A DNA stretch of 64,000 nt from Nitrosopumilus sp. (GTDB lineage: Archaea > Thermoproteota > Nitrososphaeria > Nitrososphaerales > Nitrosopumilaceae). Shown here piece after piece: positions 9,497 to 18,228 of the stretch; the first letter of the stretch is position 1; every line of letters begins with the position of its first letter. Location: assembly GCA_963662625.1 (NCBI GenBank), contig OY759726.1:1728001-1792000 (forward strand). The letters run 5' to 3'. The translations under genes and the position numbers were made by a program. The notes beneath the pieces were generated by a model, which saw only the letters and a program-made list of their open reading frames with translations, did not search any database and was not told the DNA's origin.

Positions 9497-9604
9497 CCCC
9501 GCCCGAATCCGCCTTCGCGGGGTCGCTTCTCGTGCCTGAAAACCGAGCCATGCGGCAGGCTGCCGACTGTGACAATTTTATATGCAAAAGCGGCCAGCAG
9601 ACCC

Positions 9605-9724
9605 GTGGGCCTCAAGACCAAGATCTTCGTCGTGATTCCGCTGGCGGTGTTCGCGGCGGTGATCTTCGGGTTCGGCCTGTACAACACGCTGTGCAAGAAC
9701 TCCAACGTCCAGCTCGGGTGCTGA
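9605..9724 (+). CDS. Putative 39-aa membrane peptide with two C-terminal Cys (not in ORF track)
   Basis: MGLKTKIFVVIPLAVFAAVIFGFGLYNTLCKNSNVQLGC* (GTG start); TTTTATAT box about 25 bp upstream. Confidence 0.6.
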   Translation: MGLKTKIFVVIPLAVFAAVIFGFGLYNTLCKNSNVQLGC

Positions 9725-9803
9725 GCCGGCCCCTGGCGCCCCCGTGCCCCGGATCGCGGCCCCGCGCACAAGGTCTATTAGTTCAGGCGGGATGCCGGGT
9801 TAC

Positions 9804-12800
9804 ATGGAACCGGATCCTGCCCAAAGGCGGGCGATCGACCACGAGGGCTCGCCGCTCCTGGTGGTGGCGGGCCCCGGAAGCGGCAAGACCAGGGTGATCG
9901 TCGAGAGGGCGGCATCCATGATAGGCGGCGGGGCAAAGCCGTCCGAGATCCTGTGCCTGACGTTCTCCGACAGGGCCGCAAGGGAGATGGCCGAACGCCT
10001 GAGGGACAAGGGGATCGAGGCATCCGAGATGGACATATGCACCTTCCACGCATTCTGCAGGCAGGTGCTGGAGGACAACGTGCTGGAATCCGGGATCGAC
10101 GCGTCGTCGGGGATCGTGGGCAGGGCCGAGCAGGTCGTCTGGGGGATCAACAACATCGACGGCTGCGGGCTGGAGCACGTGAAGATCGGCCAAGACCCGG
10201 CCCGCGCGGTCGAGTCGATAATGGAGGGCATCGGCGGGTTCAAAAAGGAGCTGATCGGCCCGGACAGGCTTGAAGCGTACCTGGGGGAGGACGAGTGCAG
10301 GGACGCGCCCGGGGACGAAAGGGACGGCCTGGACGCCCTGGCGGACCTCTGCAGGGTTTACCGCAGGTACCAGCAGTACCAGCGGAAGCACTCCCTGATT
10401 GACTTTGACGACATGGTGGCAGAGTCGATCCGCCTGCTGGCATCAAACGGCGCGCTGCGGAAGCGGTACCAGGGCAGGTACAGGCACGTCTTCGTCGACG
10501 AGTTCCAGGACAACAACTACTCCCAGATAATGCTGGTCAAGGCGATAGCCAGGGACGGGAACGTCACGGCCGTGGGGGACGACGACCAGGGCATCTACCA
10601 TTTCCAGGGGGCGCGCCACACCAACTTCCGGGACTTTGAGGATCATTTCAAAGGCACCACCACGGTAAAACTCGAGCGGAACTACAGGAGCACCAAAAAC
10701 ATCGTAAGGCTCGCAAACTCGTGCATCGGGAAGCAGGAGGGCAGGCCGGAGAAGAGACTCTACTCGGAGAACGAGGACGGCGAGAAGGCCATGGTGGCAA
10801 AGTGCGCCGACGAGCATGCCGAGGCGGAGTTCGTCGCTGGCACGATCAGGGAGATGGCGGGGGAGCCGGCAGGCGGGAAGGGCGGCGGCAGGCCGCTTGC
10901 CTGGGGCGACTTTGCCGTGCTGACGCGGCGCAGGGAAGACGGGAAAAAGTTCGCCGACGCCCTCGCCGGCGCCGGGATCCCGGCGGAGTTCACCGGCGAG
11001 CCGGGCGCCCCCCAGTCCCCGATCATGCGAGACCTGCTGGCCAACCTGAGGATAGCGCAGTCCCCGTCCACCGCGGGGGCGGAGATCGTCAGGCTGCTCA
11101 AAAACCAGGGGGTGCCGGACGCCGACATCGCCAGGATATGCCACGCCGCCAGGGGAAGGGCCCGCCGCGAGCAGTCCGGCGTCGACTTTGTGCTCGAAAC
11201 GCTGCGGGGGGCGCCGGGGCTGGGAGTCGCCCACGGGGAGGACGTGGCGGAGGTAGCGCGCCACGTCGGGAGGCTCGAGGGCGCCGCAAACGCGCACGGC
11301 CTGGGCGAGTTCGTCCACGAGGTGGTCATGTCGATCTCCGGGCTGGCCCGGAGGGCGGCCGCCGACGATTCCAGAAGTGGCAGGCGGCAACTGGGCACCC
11401 TCAGGGCCGCATGCGACGCGGCGATGGAGTACGAGAGGGTAAGCCCAGGCGCGACGCCCGGGGACTTTGCCAGGTACCTGGAGGCGCGGCGGTTTGAGGC
11501 GGACGCCGCGCCGGAGGGGGGCGCGGCGGGGGCCGTGCTGGTGACGACCATCCACCAGAGCAAGGGAAAGGAGTTCCCGGTAGTGTTCGTGGCCGACGTC
11601 GCCGCGAACAGGCTCCCGCTGAGGCACAGGGAGAAGAAATTCCGCGTCCCGGACGGCCTGTCCCGTCTCGCGCGGGAAGACGCGGACCCGAGGGAGATCC
11701 ACGTACGTGAGGAGCGGAGGCTGCTGTACGTCGCCATGACCAGGGCGCGGGACCGGCTGTTCATCACGTACTGCGCGAGGTACGGGCAGGGCGCCAGGGA
11801 GGCGGCGCCGTCGAGGTTCCTGCAGGAGCTTGGGTTCGAGGACAACCCGCTGATCAGCTGCACGTCCTTTGGCGGGACCGGCCCGGCGGCCGTGCCGAGG
11901 AAGCCGGGCGCCGTCGAGGCGGTCAAGCTGGAAAGGCAGGAGCAGGCCAGGCAGGCGGTGGACAGGATGCAGCTGCGGTCGGCCGTGAGGAAGATACGGG
12001 ATCTGGCGGAGATCCTCCACTACGAGGAGCGCGGGAGCCTCGACGGCTTTGACCCGCGGGAGATCCTCGCGGCCGGGGCCGGCGAGCCCGGCATCGGGCA
12101 CCTCCTGAGGGGTGAGAGGGAGCCCCTGATCGACCGGGAGTCGCTCACGCTCAGCAAGTCCAGCCTCGAGTCGTACGAGAGGTGCCCGCTGCAGTTCAAG
12201 TTCAGGTACGCCCTGCGGGTCCCCGTGCTCCCGGGCCCCGCCGCGGCCGCCGGCACGGCGGTGCACAGGGTGATCGAGGCCGTGACGAGGTACCGGATGG
12301 CCGGGAGGGACGTGACGGATGACGAGGCGCTGGCCATGCTGGAGAAGAAGTGGGGCGGCCTGGCGTCCGGCACCCGGGCCGTGCCAAGGCAGAAGAGGAA
12401 GGATGCTGGATCGTGGCTGCGGACGTTCCTTGCCTGGGACGGGGCCAACCGGAACGTCCCCGTAGCCGCAGAGAAGGAGTTCAGGCTGGAGATTGCCGGC
12501 GTGGCGGTAAAGGGGTACATAGACAGGGTGGAGCGGACGCCCGACGGCGGGTACGTCGTGATCGACTACAAGACGGGCCACGACGGGGTCACCGGCAGGA
12601 CCATCAAGGACGACATCCAGATGAACGTCTACGCGATGGCCGCCGAGAGGCTGTACGGGAGGCTGCCGGAGAAGGCCGTCCTGTTCTACCTGGCAAAGGA
12701 CAAGCGCGTCGAGTACGAGGTTTCTCCCGCCGGCGTGAGGGAGGCCAGGGAATCGATCGAGGCCATGGTGGGATCCATCCTGGGCGAGAGGTTCCCCGCC

Positions 12801-12869
12801 GAGCCCTCGTACAAAAACTGCAAGTATTGCGACTTTACGGGCATCTGCGACGCGAGCAAGGCGGCCTGA
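9804..12869 (+). CDS. UvrD/PcrA-type SF1A helicase fused to a C-terminal RecB/AddB-type PD-(D/E)XK nuclease with four Cys
   Basis: AGPGSGKT, VDEFQD, VGDDDQGIY, NYRS, TIHQSKGKEF, EERRLLYVAMTRA; then ERCPLQF, IDRVE, IDYKTG, QMNVY, CKYCDFTGIC. Confidence 0.93.
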   Translation: MEPDPAQRRAIDHEGSPLLVVAGPGSGKTRVIVERAASMIGGGAKPSEILCLTFSDRAAREMAERLRDKGIEASEMDICTFHAFCRQVLEDNVLESGIDASSGIVGRAEQVVWGINNIDGCGLEHVKIGQDPARAVESIMEGIGGFKKELIGPDRLEAYLGEDECRDAPGDERDGLDALADLCRVYRRYQQYQRKHSLIDFDDMVAESIRLLASNGALRKRYQGRYRHVFVDEFQDNNYSQIMLVKAIARDGNVTAVGDDDQGIYHFQGARHTNFRDFEDHFKGTTTVKLERNYRSTKNIVRLANSCIGKQEGRPEKRLYSENEDGEKAMVAKCADEHAEAEFVAGTIREMAGEPAGGKGGGRPLAWGDFAVLTRRREDGKKFADALAGAGIPAEFTGEPGAPQSPIMRDLLANLRIAQSPSTAGAEIVRLLKNQGVPDADIARICHAARGRARREQSGVDFVLETLRGAPGLGVAHGEDVAEVARHVGRLEGAANAHGLGEFVHEVVMSISGLARRAAADDSRSGRRQLGTLRAACDAAMEYERVSPGATPGDFARYLEARRFEADAAPEGGAAGAVLVTTIHQSKGKEFPVVFVADVAANRLPLRHREKKFRVPDGLSRLAREDADPREIHVREERRLLYVAMTRARDRLFITYCARYGQGAREAAPSRFLQELGFEDNPLISCTSFGGTGPAAVPRKPGAVEAVKLERQEQARQAVDRMQLRSAVRKIRDLAEILHYEERGSLDGFDPREILAAGAGEPGIGHLLRGEREPLIDRESLTLSKSSLESYERCPLQFKFRYALRVPVLPGPAAAAGTAVHRVIEAVTRYRMAGRDVTDDEALAMLEKKWGGLASGTRAVPRQKRKDAGSWLRTFLAWDGANRNVPVAAEKEFRLEIAGVAVKGYIDRVERTPDGGYVVIDYKTGHDGVTGRTIKDDIQMNVYAMAAERLYGRLPEKAVLFYLAKDKRVEYEVSPAGVREARESIEAMVGSILGERFPAEPSYKNCKYCDFTGICDASKAA

Positions 12870-12914
12870 CTGCGGCCGCCATGTGGGGCCGTGGCGCGCC
12901 CGCCGGGCCCGCAG

Positions 12915-13832
12915 TCAGGAACCGCCGCCCGGCGCGGCCGCGGCCTGGAAATGCCCCAGGGCGTCCCCGACGTCGGCCACCTCCAGCACCTCCATTCCGT
13001 ACGCCTCCTCGGTCATGGGGGATAGGGGCTTCTGCTCCAGGGCGCACGACCTGTAGACGAAGTTCCCCGCCCTGCTCTCCTCGCACGACTCCACCTGGGC
13101 CACGTTCTGGCCCGAGGGCACGAGGAACACGCTGGCGCCGTGCGCCCCCGCGGCCCTCGCCTTGTCGGATATCCCGCCGACCGCCCCTATCCTCGCGTCG
13201 GGCAGGATCGAGCCGGTGATCACCATGTCGCCGCTGATCCCCCTGCCCTGGAGCTCCGATATCAGCAGCACCGCCATCGCGGCGCCCGCGCTGCGCCCGT
13301 CGACGGTCTGCAGCCGCGTCTTGTCGGCGTCGACGGTGATCGAGAACACGACGTCCCGGCCCGACAGGTCCTCGCCGAGGTAGTCCTGGGCCACCTTGGC
13401 TGCCACCCTCGCGGACTCCTGAAAGTCGATGCCCGTGGGGACCTCGGTGTTGACCAGGACGAGGCCCTCGCCGGGATCCCTGACGGATACCAGGATCTTC
13501 ATGACCGTGCCCTCGTACTGCGTCCTCTCGAAAAACCCGTCACGCACGACCAGCGGCCTTACCCCCACCGAGTTTATCGACTGGCCCCCGTCGGGCGGCC
13601 CCCCGTACCCGGCGCCGGGCCCCGCCCCGGGTTCCCCGCCACCCGGGCCGCCGGCCTGCCCCCGCGGCCCGTCCGCGGCGCCGGCGAGCTCGCCGGCAAG
13701 CCTCTCGTTGTCCCTCGCGGCCCGGTCAAGCGCCGCGACCAGGTACCCGTTCTGCTGGTACAGCAGGAAGTTCACGATCAGAGACGCGCCCAGAACCGCC
13801 ACGAGGGCCAGGGCCAACAGTGCCGCCTTCAT
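12915..13832 (-). CDS. Membrane-anchored Lon-like (S16) serine protease domain protein
   Basis: N-terminal TM helix and coiled coil; DGRSAG...ITGSI..D..IGAVGGISDKA Ser-Lys dyad; no AAA+ domain. Confidence 0.85.
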   Translation of the reverse strand: MKAALLALALVAVLGASLIVNFLLYQQNGYLVAALDRAARDNERLAGELAGAADGPRGQAGGPGGGEPGAGPGAGYGGPPDGGQSINSVGVRPLVVRDGFFERTQYEGTVMKILVSVRDPGEGLVLVNTEVPTGIDFQESARVAAKVAQDYLGEDLSGRDVVFSITVDADKTRLQTVDGRSAGAAMAVLLISELQGRGISGDMVITGSILPDARIGAVGGISDKARAAGAHGASVFLVPSGQNVAQVESCEESRAGNFVYRSCALEQKPLSPMTEEAYGMEVLEVADVGDALGHFQAAAAPGGGS

Positions 13833-13989
13833 CTTTGCCTAGACCCCACGCGCCCGCTTTTTAATATAACCGTTAAACGCCAGTTAAGCGAATAGGCCAG
13901 ATGGCCAACCCCCGCGATTCCAAACGGATCGGCGGGGGACGGGCCACGACAAGATTTGAATTGCCCAGAAACAAAACCCGCCGGGGCCG

Positions 13990-14736
13990 TCACTTGCGGA
14001 GGGCGCGGACGTAGTAGACGGAGTGGCCGGACTCCGTTTTCTCCTCCCGCACCTCGAAATAGTCCTCTGCCGTCATCAGCAGCTGGACGAGGTTCTTGCT
14101 GCGGTACATGCGCACGTCAAACGACGGGCTTATCTTCCTTATGTTGTGGCCCACCACCCCGAGGTGCACCCACCTGTCCGTCCCCGACTCCGTCGCGTCC
14201 ACCGCGTCGATCGCCTTTAGCACGACCTTCCTCCACTTTGGAAGCTTGGCCTTGGGGCCGGGGGTTTTTTTCGGGGGGCCGGACAGTATGTCCACGAACG
14301 TGAACACCTCGCACGCGTGCTGCAGCGTCTGGGGCGTGCTGGTCCTGCCGATCCCCATCACGAACAGCCCGGCCTCCCTGACGCGCTTGGCCAGGCCGGT
14401 AAAGTCGCTGTCCGACGACACTATGCAGAACCCGTCCACCGTGCCGGAGTGCAGGATGTCCATCGCCTCTATGATCAGGAATATGTCGATCGAGTTCTTG
14501 CGGGTGGCGTGCTTCAGCTGGTGGCGCGTGTCAAAGGCGTACTTGTTTGCCCTGTCGCGCCACCCGGCCATGCCGGGGCTCGCCCAGTCGCCGTAGATGC
14601 GCCGTATGGTCACCACCCCGTACTTGGACGCCTCCCGCAGCATGCTCCCAAGCAGCTTGGGCTGGGCGTTCTCGCCGTCTATCAGCATGGCCAGCCTGCG
14701 GTCGTGTTCCATCTCTGCAGCCATCTGGTATGGCAT
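13990..14736 (-). CDS. NYN (LabA/DUF88, PIN-fold) protein with C-terminal OST-HTH/LOTUS domain
   Basis: LIDGEN...RRIYGDW...KNSIDI...VSSDSDFT...V.GIG; WVHLGVVG...PSFDVRMY. Confidence 0.9.
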   Translation of the reverse strand: MPYQMAAEMEHDRRLAMLIDGENAQPKLLGSMLREASKYGVVTIRRIYGDWASPGMAGWRDRANKYAFDTRHQLKHATRKNSIDIFLIIEAMDILHSGTVDGFCIVSSDSDFTGLAKRVREAGLFVMGIGRTSTPQTLQHACEVFTFVDILSGPPKKTPGPKAKLPKWRKVVLKAIDAVDATESGTDRWVHLGVVGHNIRKISPSFDVRMYRSKNLVQLLMTAEDYFEVREEKTESGHSVYYVRALRK

Positions 14737-15105
14737 GGCCCCGTAATCCTATTATTAGTTGTGGCGGGCCGTCCCCCTCGCCACGGCCGGGGCCCGAAAG
14801 GCTGGACGCCCCCGCGGGCACGGTCGCGGGACGATCCGGGCCCGAGATCCCAGCGGCGAGGGCGATGGTGAGAACGGCTTCTGATCATCATTGTGGTGAC
14901 GGTTGTCAGATCTGACCCCCCGGGCGCCCCCGGAACCATTGCAGTGTCCAAGTCGGGGCGGCCGTCCCTTGGGACGGGTTTGGGTGGCGGGGGCCATGGC
15001 GGGAGCGAGGGCGGGTTGGGGGGCCGGACGGGGCGCAGAAAAGCAGGCAGCGGGTAAAAACCCGTCCAGCGAGATCCTATTAAGCAACCGGGCCGCACCT
15101 GCCTC

Positions 15106-15444
15106 GTGGAAAGGCCAGTGGTGGAGCTGCCGGTGTCGAGGGAGCCCAGCCCGGGGGAGCTCGCGGCCCTCAGGGGGTACTTTGGGGAGATGCCCGTCGA
15201 GGAGATCCTGGCGGGCCTCAAGTTTGCCAGGAACCGCTGGTCCGCAAAGGACGCCGGCGTCCTGAAGGTCGGGAGGAAGAGCATAATCCAGAAGGAGATC
15301 CACGCGGTCACCGCGGAGCAGGCCAGGTGGCGCATCAAGAACTGGAAGGTGATGATCGCGAACTACCGGCGCAGGGGGTACAGCTACCCCACAATATCGC
15401 GGATCAAGAAGATCCTGGTAAAAAAGAGCAGGGGCGCCGGGTAG
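15106..15444 (+). CDS. Basic hypothetical protein
   Basis: Clean ORF with genome-typical codon use; C-terminal YRRRGYSYPTISRIKK. Confidence 0.7.
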   Translation: MERPVVELPVSREPSPGELAALRGYFGEMPVEEILAGLKFARNRWSAKDAGVLKVGRKSIIQKEIHAVTAEQARWRIKNWKVMIANYRRRGYSYPTISRIKKILVKKSRGAG

Positions 15445-16119
15445 CTACCCGGCGATCCCAGATTGCCGCCCCACGATCGTCTGCCGCTTGAGGTTGTCAG
15501 GGATGTCCGGTATAGACTCCTGCGCCTGCCCCGCGATTATGGAGTGGGCCTCCTCCAGGATCGCAAGCGTGTCCGCACTAGCCTCGGAATCCACGTTCAT
15601 CATGTCGTTGCTCCCGAGGGCCGAGCCCTCCATGAGGTCCCCCATTACGTGCGAGAGGTCCTGCATGGACGCGTTTGCCTCAGGCATTATCCCGCTGAGG
15701 GTCGGTCCCAGCCCCCTGATTATCGACATGCACGGGCTGAGCGTGACGACGACGTCTCCAAGCTCCGACACCGTGTTGAGCCGGAGCTGGATCTGCTCCA
15801 TGGAAAGCCTTGCGCCGTTCACCATGTTCTTCATCTTCCGTACCTGTGTCAGTTCGTTGGCGTACGCCTTGGCGTACGCGTTGTTGTGTGCCCTCTGGGC
15901 GCTCACTATCTTGTCGAAAAGGACATCGTGTTTTTTCTGCAGCTTCTCAGTGATCGTCTCGAGTTTTGATATCTGGAAGCGCAGTTTTTTCTGCGCAAAC
16001 TCGATCTTCGTCCGCAACGGAACGTCGGGCTTTATCTTCCCCATCACTTTCTGAGAGATGGTTTCCCCTTCTGCCTTGTTCCACGAATTTCCGATCAAGC
16101 GCTTCCCGGTTAGCCTCAT
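15445..16119 (-). CDS. ESCRT-III/Snf7-family protein (CdvB paralogue)
   Basis: AKAYANEL..VRKM...LSMEQIQLRLNTVSELGDVVVTLSP...IMPEA...ILEEA; start may be a few codons downstream. Confidence 0.9.
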   Translation of the reverse strand: MRLTGKRLIGNSWNKAEGETISQKVMGKIKPDVPLRTKIEFAQKKLRFQISKLETITEKLQKKHDVLFDKIVSAQRAHNNAYAKAYANELTQVRKMKNMVNGARLSMEQIQLRLNTVSELGDVVVTLSPCMSIIRGLGPTLSGIMPEANASMQDLSHVMGDLMEGSALGSNDMMNVDSEASADTLAILEEAHSIIAGQAQESIPDIPDNLKRQTIVGRQSGIAG

Positions 16120-16189
16120 CTACTTTGCTTTAAAGCGGGGTGTGACCCCCGCGGCGGTAACCCCGGTGACAGGGGGCCGCGGTTACACC

Positions 16190-17281
16190 CTACCCGAACG
16201 TGAACGTGAAGACCTGGAACCCCCTGCCCTCTATCCTCAGCTCCAGCGTGTGCTCCGACGGGGCCTGGCCGCTGACGACGTTGTACAGCCCGGGCCCCGC
16301 GGCCGACAGCCTGTTCCCGCCCGCGATGTCCGTCCCGGCGTACTCGGCGGGGAGCGGCGCGCCGTCCAGGAACACCTCCGCCTGGCCGCTGCCGGCCGTC
16401 ACCACGTTCACCTGCCTCGCGTGGTACCGCAGCTCCACGGAGCCGGCCCCGGACTCCAGCCGCATGCTGTCCGGGGTGTTGGCCCACTCCCCCACCATGT
16501 AGAACCTGTGCAGCTCCAGCGGGCCCGGCCTGCCGTACTCCACCGTCTCCCCAGGGGAGAAGCCCTCGCTGCTCCCCAGGTGGTTCCTCCCGGCGGCGAA
16601 CTTGTACCCCAGGTAGAGCTCCGGAGTCCGGGGGCCGGAGTGCTCGAACCCCTCGATGTCCACCGGCGGCCGCGCCGGCGCCGCCTGCACCCCCAGCGAC
16701 GCCGCCCTCTCCTCCAGCAGGCCCTGTATCACGGCCTCCGTCTCCCGGTACGCCCCCTCTCCTATGTGGTCGTACCTGATGTACCCCTCGTGGTCGGCGA
16801 CGTACTTCCTGGGCCAGTACCTGTTCTCGAAGGCGTTCCACGTCTCCCAGTCGTTGTCCATCACCACCGGGTAGGTGATCCCGTGCCTGTCTACCGCGGC
16901 CCGCACGTTCGCGGGATCCTTCTCGAACCCGAACTCCGGCGAGTGTATCCCGACTATGAGGAGGCCCTCGCCCGCGTACCTGTCGTTCCACGCGGTGATG
17001 AACGGGAGCGTCCTGACGCAGTTGACGCAGCTGTACGTCCAGATGTCGTAAAGCACCACGCTGCCCTCGATGGACTCGGCCAGCTCCCCCGGGGTGGCGT
17101 TGATGTAGTGCGCGATGCCCGTGATTTCGGGGGCCGTCCTGAGCCCCGACTTGTCGGAGGCGGTGCCAACGAGCCCCGTTCCCGGGCCGCCGCCCACTGA
17201 CGCCAGCACCACGGTGGCTATCCCCACCACGGCGAGGACCACCGCCCCCATGGCCAGCGCGGTCTTGAACTCGGACCTCAC
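16190..17281 (-). CDS. Membrane-anchored redoxin (DipZ-like thioredoxin fold)
   Basis: DIWTYSCVNCVRT, GIHSPEF, NRYWP, HIGEGAY, TPELYLG, FTFTFG. Confidence 0.9.
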   Translation of the reverse strand: MRSEFKTALAMGAVVLAVVGIATVVLASVGGGPGTGLVGTASDKSGLRTAPEITGIAHYINATPGELAESIEGSVVLYDIWTYSCVNCVRTLPFITAWNDRYAGEGLLIVGIHSPEFGFEKDPANVRAAVDRHGITYPVVMDNDWETWNAFENRYWPRKYVADHEGYIRYDHIGEGAYRETEAVIQGLLEERAASLGVQAAPARPPVDIEGFEHSGPRTPELYLGYKFAAGRNHLGSSEGFSPGETVEYGRPGPLELHRFYMVGEWANTPDSMRLESGAGSVELRYHARQVNVVTAGSGQAEVFLDGAPLPAEYAGTDIAGGNRLSAAGPGLYNVVSGQAPSEHTLELRIEGRGFQVFTFTFG

Positions 17282-17285
17282 ACGA

Positions 17286-18020
17286 TCACCCCAGGGGCAG
17301 CAGCCCCCCCAGCAGCGGGAAGTTCGCCACGTATGCCAGCTGGTTGGTGTACACCAGGGCCCCCAGGGCGATTATGAAGGCGCCGAGCGCCGCGTTGTAG
17401 TATTTCAGGTGCCTGCTCATGGCCCTTATCACCCCGGCCGCCCGGGAGTAGAACGCGCCGATGAGTATGAAGGGGACGCCCAGCCCCAGGGAGTACACCA
17501 GGAGGAGGTTGAACGCGATCGACGGGGTGGTGGCGGCAAGCGTCAGTATGGTCCCCAGGACTGGCCCGACGCACGGGGTCCACCCCGCCGCGAACGCCAG
17601 GCCGAAGACGAACGACGTGGGGTACCCCGCGGCGGCCCTGCCCGGGAAGATCCTCCGCTCCATGTTCAGCCGGCCGATCCTCGAGGACAGCAGCAGGTAC
17701 GCCCCGAACCCGATTATTATCACCCCGCCTGCCCGGTTCATCAGGCCGATCACCTCGGCGGTGGAGCCGGAGAGGACGCCGTTTATCAGCACCCCCAGGA
17801 GGGAGAACACCACCGAGAAGCCCAGGACGAAGAACGCAGAGTTCAGTATTATGCGGGCCCTGTTTATGGCGACCGTCCCCGAGGCCCCACCTGCCCCAAG
17901 CTCGCTCAGCGTGGTGCCCGAGATGTACGCGAGGAACGCTGGGACCATCGGCAGTATGCACGGGGCCAGGAAGGATCCCAGCCCCGCGGCGGCCGCGACC
18001 GCAAACGTGATCTCCGCCAT
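17286..18020 (-). CDS. ccdA: CcdA/DsbD-family transmembrane electron transporter
   Basis: SFLAPCILPMVP and GWTPCVGPVL. Confidence 0.92.
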   Translation of the reverse strand: MAEITFAVAAAAGLGSFLAPCILPMVPAFLAYISGTTLSELGAGGASGTVAINRARIILNSAFFVLGFSVVFSLLGVLINGVLSGSTAEVIGLMNRAGGVIIIGFGAYLLLSSRIGRLNMERRIFPGRAAAGYPTSFVFGLAFAAGWTPCVGPVLGTILTLAATTPSIAFNLLLVYSLGLGVPFILIGAFYSRAAGVIRAMSRHLKYYNAALGAFIIALGALVYTNQLAYVANFPLLGGLLPLG

Positions 18021-18104
18021 GCGCTGGGTTGGCGGTTTTTGGCATTAAAGCGTTGCCGGAACGGGGGCCATTTCATTTTTATCCGGGCGGGCCAAACGCC
18101 CCCC

Positions 18105-18209
18105 ATGAACGTGCGCTTCGTCATAGTGGGCGTGATCCTCGGCGGGGCCGTGGCGCTGGCCTTCTTCATAGGCTCGCCCATGTTCGGCGGCTTTGACGCC
18201 CTGAGGTGA
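18105..18209 (+). CDS. Putative 34-aa membrane peptide (tail of a longer track ORF)
   Basis: MNVRFVIVGVILGGAVALAFFIGSPMFGGFDALR*; TTTTTAT box about 25 bp upstream, divergent from ccdA. Confidence 0.55.
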   Translation: MNVRFVIVGVILGGAVALAFFIGSPMFGGFDALR

Positions 18210-18228
18210 CTCGCGGGCCCCCCGGGAG

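Noticed and set aside
7786-9771. 661-aa ORF as a single protein
   Set aside because: The N-terminal half is the antisense shadow of the DUF371 gene and GC-rich spacer; the credible gene starts at 8886.
10443-12581. Long antisense and alternative-frame ORFs here and throughout (e.g. 46355-48094, 55339-57189)
   Set aside because: Expected from stop-codon scarcity in high-GC DNA; Arg/Pro/Gly-rich with no motifs.
12130-12869. Cas4 / CRISPR adaptation gene
   Set aside because: The Cas4-like fold is the C-terminal domain of the UvrD fusion; no cas1, cas2 or array nearby.
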